64,000 bases of DNA from a virus. The position numbers and the translations under genes are program-made. The DNA lies in the IMG/VR virus record IMGVR_UViG_3300017991_000012, positions 16,108 through 80,107 of that record, one strand, 5' to 3'. Shown here one piece after another: positions 17,381-25,932 of the stretch; position 1 is the first letter of the stretch, and each line of letters starts with the position of its first letter. The notes under the pieces were generated by a model that was given only the letters and a program-made list of their open reading frames with translations, searched no databases and was not told the DNA's origin.

Positions 17381-18430
17381 CTATGCCTGGACCTCCTCGG
17401 CCGTCGCCAGCCTCTCGATCGTTCGCTGGTTCGCATACAGCAGTTGGCCACCCAACTTCTCCAGCTCATACCTGTTCTCAGCCTTCTCTTCCTTCTGGGC
17501 CGCGTTCGTCACGGCATTGACCATGCCGTAGAGGCTCAGTTCGCTCTCGGCACCAAAGGCGATGAACAGGTTGTCCTTCTGCGCCTCGCTCAGTTTGTAC
17601 TCGCGCACGAGGTTGTTGAGGAACACCCCCGCGTCCGGTATCTGGAAGTTGCCGCTCTGCTCGATCTTCTTCGCGATCTCGCCAAAGCTCTCGAACAGGC
17701 CCTTGACCGCCTGCTGCAGCGCGTTGTACAGATTCGCATCATCGCTGAGCGTGCCGCTGCCCATGTGGTATGCCTTCACCGCCTGCTGCTCGATCACAAG
17801 CCCGTTGCTGCATACCTGACGGTAGATCCTGGGCAGCACCTGCGTGCTGCTGTGGCCGGTCTCGCTATTCTTCAGCAGCATGCCGCCAAAGAAATCGTCG
17901 CCAACACGCATCCGGCCTTTCAGTTCATTGAACCTGCAGCTGACGAACATCTGTCGCTCTGTCAGATCCGCTCGCTCAAACACCAGGCCCTTGTCCTGGT
18001 GTCGATCCAGTTCGGCGCCGACGCAGTTGATCACGTCCAGGTTGTCGATCACGCGATAGCGATCGCTCAACAGCGCCCTGGCCTTGTCATCCATCGTTCG
18101 CAGCAAGTACTTCTTCTCCGGCTGCGCCGCGAACAGCGTATTGCACGTCGTCTGCCACAGATCCGGATGGTCGCCCAAGATCCTGTTGTAGAACTTGCGC
18201 GGAACATCAAGCCTGTCGGCTATCTGCTCGTGGCAGCCATCTCCGATCTCGTTCAAGATCGTCCCGCCATTCCACTCGTTCACTACTTTTCCGTCCTTGA
18301 CCTCCTCTCCTCGCGCAAATGAGATGCACGGCCCGTCCGAAGCATCCCTGACCATCATGCCGCTGGCCTTGTAGTCCACTTTCAACTCGTGTTGCCTCTG
18401 CAATTCACAAATCAGCCCTTGGAAATCCAT
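17381..18430 (-). CDS. DUF932/DUF945-family protein
   Basis: LLRT...ARALLSDRYRVIDN...NSETG....RQVCSNGL. Confidence 0.8.
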   Translation of the reverse strand: MDFQGLICELQRQHELKVDYKASGMMVRDASDGPCISFARGEEVKDGKVVNEWNGGTILNEIGDGCHEQIADRLDVPRKFYNRILGDHPDLWQTTCNTLFAAQPEKKYLLRTMDDKARALLSDRYRVIDNLDVINCVGAELDRHQDKGLVFERADLTERQMFVSCRFNELKGRMRVGDDFFGGMLLKNSETGHSSTQVLPRIYRQVCSNGLVIEQQAVKAYHMGSGTLSDDANLYNALQQAVKGLFESFGEIAKKIEQSGNFQIPDAGVFLNNLVREYKLSEAQKDNLFIAFGAESELSLYGMVNAVTNAAQKEEKAENRYELEKLGGQLLYANQRTIERLATAEEVQA

Positions 18431-18459
18431 GGCTTCCTCCTCCTGACTTTGCGTAATGT

Positions 18460-18651
18460 TCACGCGACCAAGACTTTCTGGGCATCTCCCTCGGATACCC
18501 TCACAATCTTCATGTGCTCGCGGCAGATGTGCCTGCGAATCGCCCGTTCGCCGCCAAGACGTACGGCCTGCGTCAGGTCCTGTTTGCACACCTCACAGCG
18601 TACTGTGATCGTGCTCATGTTCGGCCCACCAACCTCGACGCTGATCATCAT
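18460..18651 (-). CDS. small zinc-binding protein
   Basis: CEVC...ICREH; GGAGGAG RBS after promoter. Confidence 0.5.
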   Translation of the reverse strand: MMISVEVGGPNMSTITVRCEVCKQDLTQAVRLGGERAIRRHICREHMKIVRVSEGDAQKVLVA

Positions 18652-18671
18652 CACTCCTCCGATCTGGTTGA

Positions 18672-18703
18672 ATCCTACCCCACCGCCTCCGGTTTGTCAA
18701 GTG
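18672..18703 (-). promoter_or_regulatory. sigma70-type promoter TTGACA-17-TAGGAT
   Basis: CACTTGACAAA motif copy. Confidence 0.75.
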
Positions 18704-18728
18704 AAATTCGCCTCGTTTTGCGCGGAAT

Positions 18729-18998
18729 TTACGGTCCCGCTGGCCCAGCCCTGTATCCTATACTGTACACCTGCACGCTCTCCGTTCCTTCGCGCACAAC
18801 TCTAAGCTCAACCGCAGCATAGAATTCCACCGCCGCCTTGTACAGATCCAGCCTGTCCTTCGCCACGCACCTGTTGATCGGCGCCTTCCAATCCTCCGGA
18901 TCGCAGATCTCGTCAAACGCGCTCTGCAGCTCCACCAGGTCGAATCCCTTGTACGTGCCGGTCGTCATGATATCCAGCACCGTCTCTGCGCTGTTCAT
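18729..18998 (-). CDS. hypothetical protein
   Basis: AGGAGGAGGACG-ATG start; DWKAPI...AVEFY..GYRAG. Confidence 0.65.
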   Translation of the reverse strand: MNSAETVLDIMTTGTYKGFDLVELQSAFDEICDPEDWKAPINRCVAKDRLDLYKAAVEFYAAVELRVVREGTESVQVYSIGYRAGPAGP

Positions 18999-19369
18999 CG
19001 TCCTCCTCCTACCAGGTCCGGGAACCGCTCCGCGAACCAATCCTTGTACGGCTTCTGATTCTGTGCGATCGCCATCTCGATGCACAGATCGCCGTCGGCG
19101 TTCTTCCAGAACTCGTCGGCCTCGTACTTCGTCGCGCCGCAGAAAAACAGTACCTCTGCCTCTGGGTCCATGTCCTCGATCATCTTCTGCAGCTGTCCGA
19201 TGTTCATCACTCGTCCTCCTTCACACACGATTTTCGCCTCCGGATAAGCAGCGTTCGCCTCTGCCAACGATTCGAACTCTGCCTCCACGTCTTCAAACAT
19301 GCATATCGTTCCGCACCTGTCGATGTACAGCTTCTCGTCTCGCACATCGCGAATCACGAAATACGTCAT
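18995..19369 (-). CDS. hypothetical protein (apparent fusion; strong internal start at 19207)
   Basis: RBS motifs at both starts. Confidence 0.6.
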   Translation of the reverse strand: MTYFVIRDVRDEKLYIDRCGTICMFEDVEAEFESLAEANAAYPEAKIVCEGGRVMNIGQLQKMIEDMDPEAEVLFFCGATKYEADEFWKNADGDLCIEMAIAQNQKPYKDWFAERFPDLVGGGR

Positions 19370-19716
19370 TTCTCGTCCTCCGCCAGCTTGGCTCGAATCG
19401 CCTCATCGTACGCTCTGGCCTGGAACCCTCTGCCCAGGCACCCACGGGCCTCTGCGCCTACCACGCTGCATAGCGCACCAAGCACATCCAGGCCATAGAC
19501 GCCCATGCACTTCCAGATGATCTGGCCGTCGTTACCGAACAGCGTGCCCTTGGCCGATCCGTCAGATTCGACCACGTGCGCCACCTTCTTCACCGCCTCC
19601 TTCGGCCAGATTCGAAGAAACGCCTCTGGCTTCCAGACCGTGTGACCATCACCCTTGATCAGATCACACGCTGCCAAGATCTCGTCCCTCGTCAGCTTCT
19701 CCAACGGGTTACTCAT
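19366..19716 (-). CDS. hypothetical protein
   Basis: GGAGGACGAGTG-ATG start. Confidence 0.65.
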   Translation of the reverse strand: MSNPLEKLTRDEILAACDLIKGDGHTVWKPEAFLRIWPKEAVKKVAHVVESDGSAKGTLFGNDGQIIWKCMGVYGLDVLGALCSVVGAEARGCLGRGFQARAYDEAIRAKLAEDEK

Positions 19717-19922
19717 CACTCGTCCTCCTTCACAAGATCACTCGGCCTTACCCAGCGCTCGGCCTGATCTCCAGGCCCGAACTCGACTATCCACTTCTCC
19801 CAGCCTTCGTAATGCGGAAACTCGTGCGTCGACAGCTTCTTGACCAATTTCGCCTGGCCTTCCAGCACGTCCTTGCCTCTGCAGTTCTGGTTCCAGATCT
19901 GGAACAGATCGCCCTTCTTCAT
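19716..19922 (-). CDS. small hypothetical protein
   Basis: GGAGG RBS; stop/start coupled. Confidence 0.6.
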   Translation of the reverse strand: MKKGDLFQIWNQNCRGKDVLEGQAKLVKKLSTHEFPHYEGWEKWIVEFGPGDQAERWVRPSDLVKEDE

Positions 19923-19925
19923 CGT

Positions 19926-20123
19926 CTACCCTCCAAACGTCTCCCGCAACACGTCGACCGCGGCTTGCTTGCACACACACTCTTTCACCAATCCGCGGTT
20001 CGGTCCCAGCGCTCGGTAGGCCGTCTCCTTCGTGGCCCAGCCTCGCACTCCGTCTGCGCTGATCTGCGTGTACTCGAACTCCTCCACGTATCCGATCAGC
20101 TTGCCGTTCTCTCTCACGACCAT
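19926..20123 (-). CDS. small hypothetical protein
   Basis: TAG-GAGGACGAGG-ATG start. Confidence 0.55.
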   Translation of the reverse strand: MVVRENGKLIGYVEEFEYTQISADGVRGWATKETAYRALGPNRGLVKECVCKQAAVDVLRETFGG

Positions 20124-20133
20124 CCTCGTCCTC

Positions 20134-20382
20134 CTATACAAGGTTATGCCCACGAACCGGATCATGCGCGTCCCGCTCGTACTCGGCCTCGTCAACCATC
20201 CAGTCATTTGCCGCCTGGAACCACTCTTGGTACAAGAACTCTCGCTCCTTGGTCGTGACCTCGACCTCGTTGCCATCCTCGTCCTGGATCGAATCGATCT
20301 CAGGCTCGTCGTCCCACGTGCCGAACACCCACAGTTCTGTTCCGTCTGGCATCTCAATTTGCGTGTCGAATTTGCGGCTCAT
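20134..20382 (-). CDS. acidic small protein
   Basis: First gene after a promoter; AAGGAG RBS; Asp/Glu-rich. Confidence 0.65.
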   Translation of the reverse strand: MSRKFDTQIEMPDGTELWVFGTWDDEPEIDSIQDEDGNEVEVTTKEREFLYQEWFQAANDWMVDEAEYERDAHDPVRGHNLV

Positions 20383-20410
20383 AGCTTCTCCTTTTAACCA
20401 AGACATATGG

Positions 20411-20441
20411 AGTATACCACACATGCCTGGTTTGTCAAGTG
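20411..20441 (-). promoter_or_regulatory. sigma70-type promoter TTGACA-16-TATACT with TGn extended -10
   Basis: CACTTGACAAA motif copy. Confidence 0.8.
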
Positions 20442-20467
20442 AAAAAGCGTTTTTTTCGTCTTTCGTC

Positions 20468-20902
20468 CTACAGAATCCCCTCCTCCTGCATCGACAGATA
20501 GCCGTCGCCTACGATCACGCTGTCCAGTAACCTGATCCCCAGCAGCTCCGCGCACTCCTTCAGCCGCTTGATCAATACTCGATCCTCGTGGCTCGGCGTC
20601 GTGTCGCCACTCGGATGATTATGCACGAACGCGATCGCAGCCGCTCCGTCAACAATCGCCGGTCTGAATACCTCTCGTGGATGCACGAGACTCGCGGTCA
20701 GCGTTCCCAGGCTCACCAGGTGCTTGTCGATCAGCCGGTTCTTCTGGTTCAGCGTCACGACCAGGAACGCCTCCTGGCCCAGCTTTGCCGCGTCTTTCAC
20801 GGCCTTCACCAGGTCCCTGGCGTTCTTCACGTACGGTCCCTCGGTCTCGCGCACCTGCATCAGCTTCGCGTTCAAGCTCACTCCGAAGTAGCCTGCGCTC
20901 AT
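20468..20902 (-). CDS. radC: RadC-like JAB/MPN domain protein
   Basis: E.F.V..LN.KN.LI...GTL...LVHPREVF...HNHPSG...PS.ED...LLD. Confidence 0.92.
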   Translation of the reverse strand: MSAGYFGVSLNAKLMQVRETEGPYVKNARDLVKAVKDAAKLGQEAFLVVTLNQKNRLIDKHLVSLGTLTASLVHPREVFRPAIVDGAAAIAFVHNHPSGDTTPSHEDRVLIKRLKECAELLGIRLLDSVIVGDGYLSMQEEGIL

Positions 20903-20914
20903 CGTCCGTCCTCC

Positions 20915-21139
20915 TCACACGCGGATTGCGTCCAGTCCCAGCTCGTCAATCAGCGCACAATAGGCCTGGTACAGATCCTGGCTCGTGAAGCTCAGGCTCT
21001 TGTCCTGCGCTCCGAACCAGCAGTACAGGTACGAATGCACGATCGCCAGCTTGCCGGAATCAGCCAACACGTAGTAGTGATCGTCCCGTCGCGCCTTCTT
21101 CGCCAACTCCTTGATCTGCTCCTTGTTTGGTCCTGCCAT
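20915..21139 (-). CDS. small hypothetical protein
   Basis: TAG-GAGGAAGGACG-ATG start. Confidence 0.6.
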   Translation of the reverse strand: MAGPNKEQIKELAKKARRDDHYYVLADSGKLAIVHSYLYCWFGAQDKSLSFTSQDLYQAYCALIDELGLDAIRV

Positions 21140-21150
21140 CGTCCTTCCTC

Positions 21151-21345
21151 CTATGCAACCGCGGCTGTGGTGATCACCAGCCGACCGTCCCTGACCGCCT
21201 TCTCCAAGTGCTTGCACCACTTGGCGTCACGCCGGCTGAACTTCCAAGCCGGGCACGTGCAGTACACCACGTCGTCTGCTCCGCGCCTGATCTCGTACTT
21301 CTTGCCGGCCTTGCTCGCGCTTTCGACCTCGAATAGTACTGTCAT
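21151..21345 (-). CDS. SWIM zinc-finger protein
   Basis: YCTCPAWKF......CKHL. Confidence 0.8.
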   Translation of the reverse strand: MTVLFEVESASKAGKKYEIRRGADDVVYCTCPAWKFSRRDAKWCKHLEKAVRDGRLVITTAAVA

Positions 21346-21356
21346 CGTCCGTCCTC

Positions 21357-21548
21357 CTAGATCAGCCCGCAGATCTGACCCATGTATACGTTGTAGGCAC
21401 AGACCTCGTCGTCCGTCATCTCGGCCAAGACACTCATCTCGGCCTCTTCGTACTTATCCCACGTGCTCTCATCGTCATCATCCCAGCCACGCCTTCTGGC
21501 CTCGTCGAGCACGATCCTTCTGGTCTCTTGTCCGCTGATGCTCTTCAT
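21357..21548 (-). CDS. small acidic hypothetical protein
   Basis: TAG-GAGGACGGACG-ATG start. Confidence 0.6.
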   Translation of the reverse strand: MKSISGQETRRIVLDEARRRGWDDDDESTWDKYEEAEMSVLAEMTDDEVCAYNVYMGQICGLI

Positions 21549-21559
21549 CGTCCGTCCTC

Positions 21560-21933
21560 CTATGCGTTGTCAATCGCTCGCGCCAGCCCAATAACCTCTT
21601 GTTCAATCTCGTAGTGCCTGATCTTCTCGGCGCCCTTGCCAACCACGTTCTTGCACGAAAAGCAGTATGTTTCTCCCTCAATGCACTGTTGCACCCAATG
21701 CGCTATCTCGTGTGCGATCGTTAGGTACGACGCTCCAATCTTCACCCTGATGATGTGCTCTGCGAGCAGGTTGTCCTTCGTGAAGCCCTTGGCTATGTAT
21801 TCGCCTTCTGCTCCGCGCACGCCACCGACCTCGATGGTTGGGTCGTTCTCGTCCGCTATGCCATAGAACCTTCTTGCGCGTTCGGCCCAGGCCTCTATTT
21901 TGAAGGCTTTGATTTCCTTTTTTCCACTCTTCA
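21560..21933 (-). CDS. HEXXH metallopeptidase-like protein
   Basis: TIAHEIAHWVQ; first gene after the leftward promoter. Confidence 0.6.
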
Positions 21934-21968
21934 TGTCGCTCTCCTGAGTAGTGAACCAAGACAATAGT

Positions 21969-21999
21969 AGTATACACCACAGGCCACGTTTGTCAAGTG
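21969..21999 (-). promoter_or_regulatory. sigma70-type promoter TTGACA-16-TATACT with AT-rich upstream element
   Basis: CACTTGACAAA motif copy; A/T-rich 22001-22045. Confidence 0.8.
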
Positions 22000-22045
22000 G
22001 ATTTGTATTTATTTTGCTGTTTTTTCGTCGAGTTATTTTTGTGGA

Positions 22046-22711
22046 TTTTTGCCTGGAAAACTAATCGCTCTGAGGTGCGCTGGTTTTGCCTGCAAGTACT
22101 CGGTCTCGAAAGCGTACAGCTGTTGCCTGCAAAAGCAGCGTGTCGGATCGTGCGTGGTTTTGCCTGCGAAGCGGTGACCTCGCGTCGCGCCATGTTTTTT
22201 CTGGAAAAGCTGCGTCTCGTTTCGAATTGGATTTTGCCTGGGAAGTGCTCGTCTCCTTTCGTCGTGAGTTTTCCCTGCAAAATCTATCGCTCGGATCGTA
22301 TCACGTTTTACCTGGGAAAGTTTGGTCTCGAATCGCGACGGTTTTTGCCTGAAAATCGGATCGCTCGCTTCGTCACAGGTTTTGCCTGCAAAGCGTGTTC
22401 GTCTGTGCGTCACGTGTTTTTCCTGAAAAAGCTATCACTCGTTTCGGCGCAGGTTTTTCCTGGAAAAGTTCGACGTCAGATCGTGACGTTTTTTGCCTGA
22501 AAAAGCTGCCGCTCCATGCGTCGCAGTTTTTGCCTGAAAAAGCCGTGCGTCGAAGCACGTCAGGTTTTGCCTGGAAATTGTCCTGCTCGCTTCGTCACAG
22601 GTTTTGCAGCCTAGATCAGGCGCTCGGCGGGAGTCGTGTTTTGCCTGCGAAAGCTGCGCGTCACAGACGCGCCAGGTTTGCCTGCGAAGTGACGTGCTCT
22701 CAGAGCATGGT
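22046..22711. repeat. array of 18 degenerate 37-bp units (core GTTTTGCCTGNAAA ... STC ... )
   Basis: The GCCTG-equivalent core recurs at 22051, 22088, 22125 ... 22680, always exactly 37 bp apart. Confidence 0.95.
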
Positions 22712-22721
22712 GCTGTTGCAG

Positions 22722-22763
22722 AATAAAAATGGAGGCCTATCGCCGGGCGAACGATAGGCCTCC
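22722..22763 (-). terminator. intrinsic terminator ending the late operon
   Basis: 12-bp stem GGAGGCCTATCG/CGATAGGCCTCC followed by ATTTTTATT on the minus strand. Confidence 0.75.
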
Positions 22764-22798
22764 GGTGGGTAGCCGCTGGGCTGGCGGCTGGTATGGAA

Positions 22799-23122
22799 TT
22801 ACGGATCGCCCGGCGGATCCTCTTCCAGGACCTTGTTCTTGTTCGCTCTCGCCAGTCGATACAGCTTGCGGAAGGCAGCCGGGCTTAGGACGTAGAACTT
22901 GTCCAGGTCCTTCAGCTGCACCTCGGCCTGGTTGTAGTCGAAGATCTTGCCCTCACGGATCTGGTACGGCACCATGTCTGCCGGCACCACGTTGTTCGCA
23001 TGCGCCGGATTTCTGAACGGATTGCCGCAGCCATAAAAACCGAACAGCAGCGCCACGATCATCAATGCAGTCAGCATTTTGATGACAATGCCATCGGCAA
23101 GCCTGTTGCGGTTCTCATTCAT
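22799..23122 (-). CDS. lipoprotein, o-spanin candidate
   Basis: Signal peptide ending in lipobox-like FYGC; last gene of the late operon. Confidence 0.5.
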   Translation of the reverse strand: MNENRNRLADGIVIKMLTALMIVALLFGFYGCGNPFRNPAHANNVVPADMVPYQIREGKIFDYNQAEVQLKDLDKFYVLSPAAFRKLYRLARANKNKVLEEDPPGDP

Positions 23123-23130
23123 CTGCTCAC

Positions 23131-23256
23131 CTACTTTCTCTTCGGGCATTTCTGTCCCGCAGCCCGCCTTCGTCCGACTCCCCCCTTCTTTCCCTGGTAG
23201 CTCCCCTTGTACGGCCCAGTGCCGTCACGCACGCCACGTGCTGTCTTACCCATCAT
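23131..23256 (-). CDS. small basic Gly-rich peptide (RDGTGP motif, DUF5320-like)
   Basis: GAGGAG RBS; RGVRDGTGPYKG...GRRR...CP. Confidence 0.4.
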   Translation of the reverse strand: MMGKTARGVRDGTGPYKGSYQGKKGGVGRRRAAGQKCPKRK

Positions 23257-23479
23257 CGACTCCTCTCGTTTCTGGCCGTGGATCATCCAGCTCATCCACC
23301 AGCCTGCCCATTTCTTTGAGGTCGCCATCCAGTATGGCGTCATCCATCGAGTCCAGATCCTCGGTCAACGCATCGTCCGCTGCCATGTTCCGCTTGTCGC
23401 GCCTGACCTCCCGGCGCCAGCCGATGAACTCCGTGGCCGCAGCCAGCAAGCCGCCCAGCATTTTCAGGATGGTCATCAT
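23246..23479 (-). CDS. N-terminal TM protein, i-spanin candidate
   Basis: Hydrophobic N-terminus then a charged helix; upstream of the lipoprotein. Confidence 0.45.
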   Translation of the reverse strand: MMTILKMLGGLLAAATEFIGWRREVRRDKRNMAADDALTEDLDSMDDAILDGDLKEMGRLVDELDDPRPETRGVDDG

Positions 23480-23488
23480 ATCGGTCTC

Positions 23489-23770
23489 CTAGATCAGCGG
23501 CGGAGTTGCATCTATATCTGCGCCGCCGTACAACAGTCGGTTTGACATGATGAAAACGGCATAGATCGCTGCTAGATGCTTGGCACGCGCCTCCGTCACT
23601 TCTCCGTCAGCAACCTTCTTATCAAGATCATCGTTTCTGTAGCACAGCATTCTGCCGTCGAATATGAAACTCTCGTGCTCCTGCAGCGAGTGTCCGAATG
23701 CTTTATTCAACCGTTCGAGATGCCCAGGCGCCTCTTCGACAGTAGAACTCGTCAGTCCGAATTTGATCAC
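23489..23770 (-). CDS. hypothetical protein
   Basis: GTGA overlap with upstream gene. Confidence 0.55.
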   Translation of the reverse strand: MIKFGLTSSTVEEAPGHLERLNKAFGHSLQEHESFIFDGRMLCYRNDDLDKKVADGEVTEARAKHLAAIYAVFIMSNRLLYGGADIDATPPLI

Positions 23771-25929
23771 AGCACGTTCTCCCTGTACGCGAACTGGCCA
23801 AGCGGATTATCAGGATCGGTGAACGCATACGGCACGGTCAGCGTCAGATACGGCCCTCTGGTGCTTCCCTGCCTGGCGCAGATCGCGACGTAAACCTGCT
23901 GCTCCTGCGTGAACGGATAATCGTATTCACGCGGCGTCTCGGCCAGGACCGTCGCCGTCGGCTCGCCGCTGGTATTGACCGGACTCGTGGTGCTGATCCA
24001 GATCGCGAAGTCATCCGGCAGCAAGGTCCCGAACTGCTCTCGCCACACCCAGTACAGGACTGTCCTGCTTATCGTCTGGTCATAGGCCGGGCTGCACCAT
24101 TCCAATGCCGGAGGCCTGCTGCCCTCGACTTCGACAATTCCACCAGGGCTTCCCTCGATATGCACCCTCAGCGTCTGGCCCTGCAGCCAGTCCTGCCACT
24201 GATAGCCGGCCAGCCAAAAGCGCAGATCATACGTGCCTGGCGCGAGATTGATTCCGCTCAGCTCCAACGGACTCGCGCCGGCATCGATAAACCCCAGGTC
24301 GGTCACGGCCCCGGTCGCGACATTCACGGCCTCACATGTGTAGCCTGCTTTGGTCCACACCGGACTGTCGGCATCCAGCTGTACGCGCTTCAGGCCATAG
24401 ACCCTGTACTCTGGCGTGAACTGCAGACGCTTAAGCGTTCTGACATTAAACAGCTGGTCTTTTGCCAGTCTGCTTCGATTGCGGCTGACTATCCTTGCGT
24501 CAAGCTGCAATCTTGCTGCACCGCGGCCGTCTAGCGTTGCATCAAAACCAAGCCGCCTTGAGTACAGCAAACTCTTGAAATCCGGCGAGAAGTCCAGTCT
24601 GGCCATCGCCCTCGTATCGAGCACCGGATCGAATGCCAGGCGCTTGCTGTAGCTCACCGAGTACGGTGCCGTCGGCGGCGTGAAGTTGCTGGTCCACCTG
24701 GCCACGTCGCTGTATCTGAACTCGTCGACGTTGCCGTTCCAGTATCCGGCATTGCTTTCGCGCCTGGCCCCGATCTTTAATGTGTCATCAGAAATGCTCG
24801 TGCTGTCACTGCCGGTCGTGGCCTGCGCCACGCCATCGATGTACAGCGTACAGGTCCCGCTGGCTCTGACTGCAGCCATGTGATGCCAGGCATCGTCGTC
24901 AACAGCACTGTCGCTTGTCGCCCTCTGCGCACCTCCGACATAGAAGTCCAGTTTGCCATTCGAGGAATCGATGAGTATCTTTGCATTGTTCCCGCCATGA
25001 TCAAACAGCCTTCTGCTGTAGCCGCCCTGCGTGCTTCTGGTGGCGGTCTTGAACCAGCAGTCGATCGTGAAGTCGCTCGTGCCGACTCCGAAGTCGCCGT
25101 TACTGAACACGGCCGCAAACACCGAACTCCCATTCAGATTAAGGCTTGAAGTCCATTTCTTTGTAGTAACATCGAAAGCGCTATCATCGCGCAAATTGAT
25201 GCCGTGCGGACTCAGTTCAGCCGTTGCATTACAGTGCCAGAGGAAAACGGTATTCGCATCCGATTCATATTCCGCTGTTGCTGGCGTGAATCCGCTTGTC
25301 CATCGCGCCGTATTGCTGATTCTGTATTCGTCAAGATGCCCGTCTACATATTGGCTTGGGCTTGCCTTGCCTGAGCATGCGAATGTAACTTCGGACGATG
25401 CGTTGAAAAGACTGTCTGATCCTATCGATCCCGTTCCCTTCGCAACCCCATCATGGAAGAATCTTATCGTGCTTCCATCTCGCACAACCGACATATGATA
25501 CCAAGTATCGACGGATATAGTCAAACCATCCGAATACATCTGCGTTACGGTTCCCGATCCCCCATCCGTCGAATAAGTGAATTGCAGCTTATACGTTCCG
25601 GAATCATTGTAGAATCGAAATCCGAATGATCGCTGATTTGTTCCTGTCTCATACTTGGCGATCAGTGAAACGTTGCTTCCGCTTCCCGGAAGACTTGTGA
25701 ATCGAACCCAACATTCAAGCGTGAAATCTCCGCTTCCGAAGTCGAAATCAGAATGATCCGCGACCCATGCGAATTCGTTAGAGGCCGGATCGTAACTTGT
25801 CTCTCCGAACTTCTTGACGTCCTTGTCAAACTTGTTGGTGTTCTGTTCGAAGTTAAGCGTATGGCCGGTGTTGCCCACGTCGCCATAGAAGTGCAGCACA
25901 GTCAGCGCATTGGCATCGATGCCAGGCAT
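23767..25929 (-). CDS. tail tip/receptor-binding protein with two LamG (concanavalin-like) domains
   Basis: Two copies of DFG..DFT.ECW...WYH..VVR...G..DE.R.S..ARWT..FTP. Confidence 0.85.
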   Translation of the reverse strand: MPGIDANALTVLHFYGDVGNTGHTLNFEQNTNKFDKDVKKFGETSYDPASNEFAWVADHSDFDFGSGDFTLECWVRFTSLPGSGSNVSLIAKYETGTNQRSFGFRFYNDSGTYKLQFTYSTDGGSGTVTQMYSDGLTISVDTWYHMSVVRDGSTIRFFHDGVAKGTGSIGSDSLFNASSEVTFACSGKASPSQYVDGHLDEYRISNTARWTSGFTPATAEYESDANTVFLWHCNATAELSPHGINLRDDSAFDVTTKKWTSSLNLNGSSVFAAVFSNGDFGVGTSDFTIDCWFKTATRSTQGGYSRRLFDHGGNNAKILIDSSNGKLDFYVGGAQRATSDSAVDDDAWHHMAAVRASGTCTLYIDGVAQATTGSDSTSISDDTLKIGARRESNAGYWNGNVDEFRYSDVARWTSNFTPPTAPYSVSYSKRLAFDPVLDTRAMARLDFSPDFKSLLYSRRLGFDATLDGRGAARLQLDARIVSRNRSRLAKDQLFNVRTLKRLQFTPEYRVYGLKRVQLDADSPVWTKAGYTCEAVNVATGAVTDLGFIDAGASPLELSGINLAPGTYDLRFWLAGYQWQDWLQGQTLRVHIEGSPGGIVEVEGSRPPALEWCSPAYDQTISRTVLYWVWREQFGTLLPDDFAIWISTTSPVNTSGEPTATVLAETPREYDYPFTQEQQVYVAICARQGSTRGPYLTLTVPYAFTDPDNPLGQFAYRENVL

Positions 25930-25932
25930 TCG

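Noticed and set aside
22046-22711. CRISPR array
   Set aside because: The conserved part is only ~14 nt and degenerate, the variable parts are under 10 nt and interrupted by conserved bases, and no cas operon is present
21993-22757. ORFs across the array on both strands
   Set aside because: A 37-bp period is not a multiple of 3, the repeats rotate through frames, and there are no RBSs. These are likely spurious.
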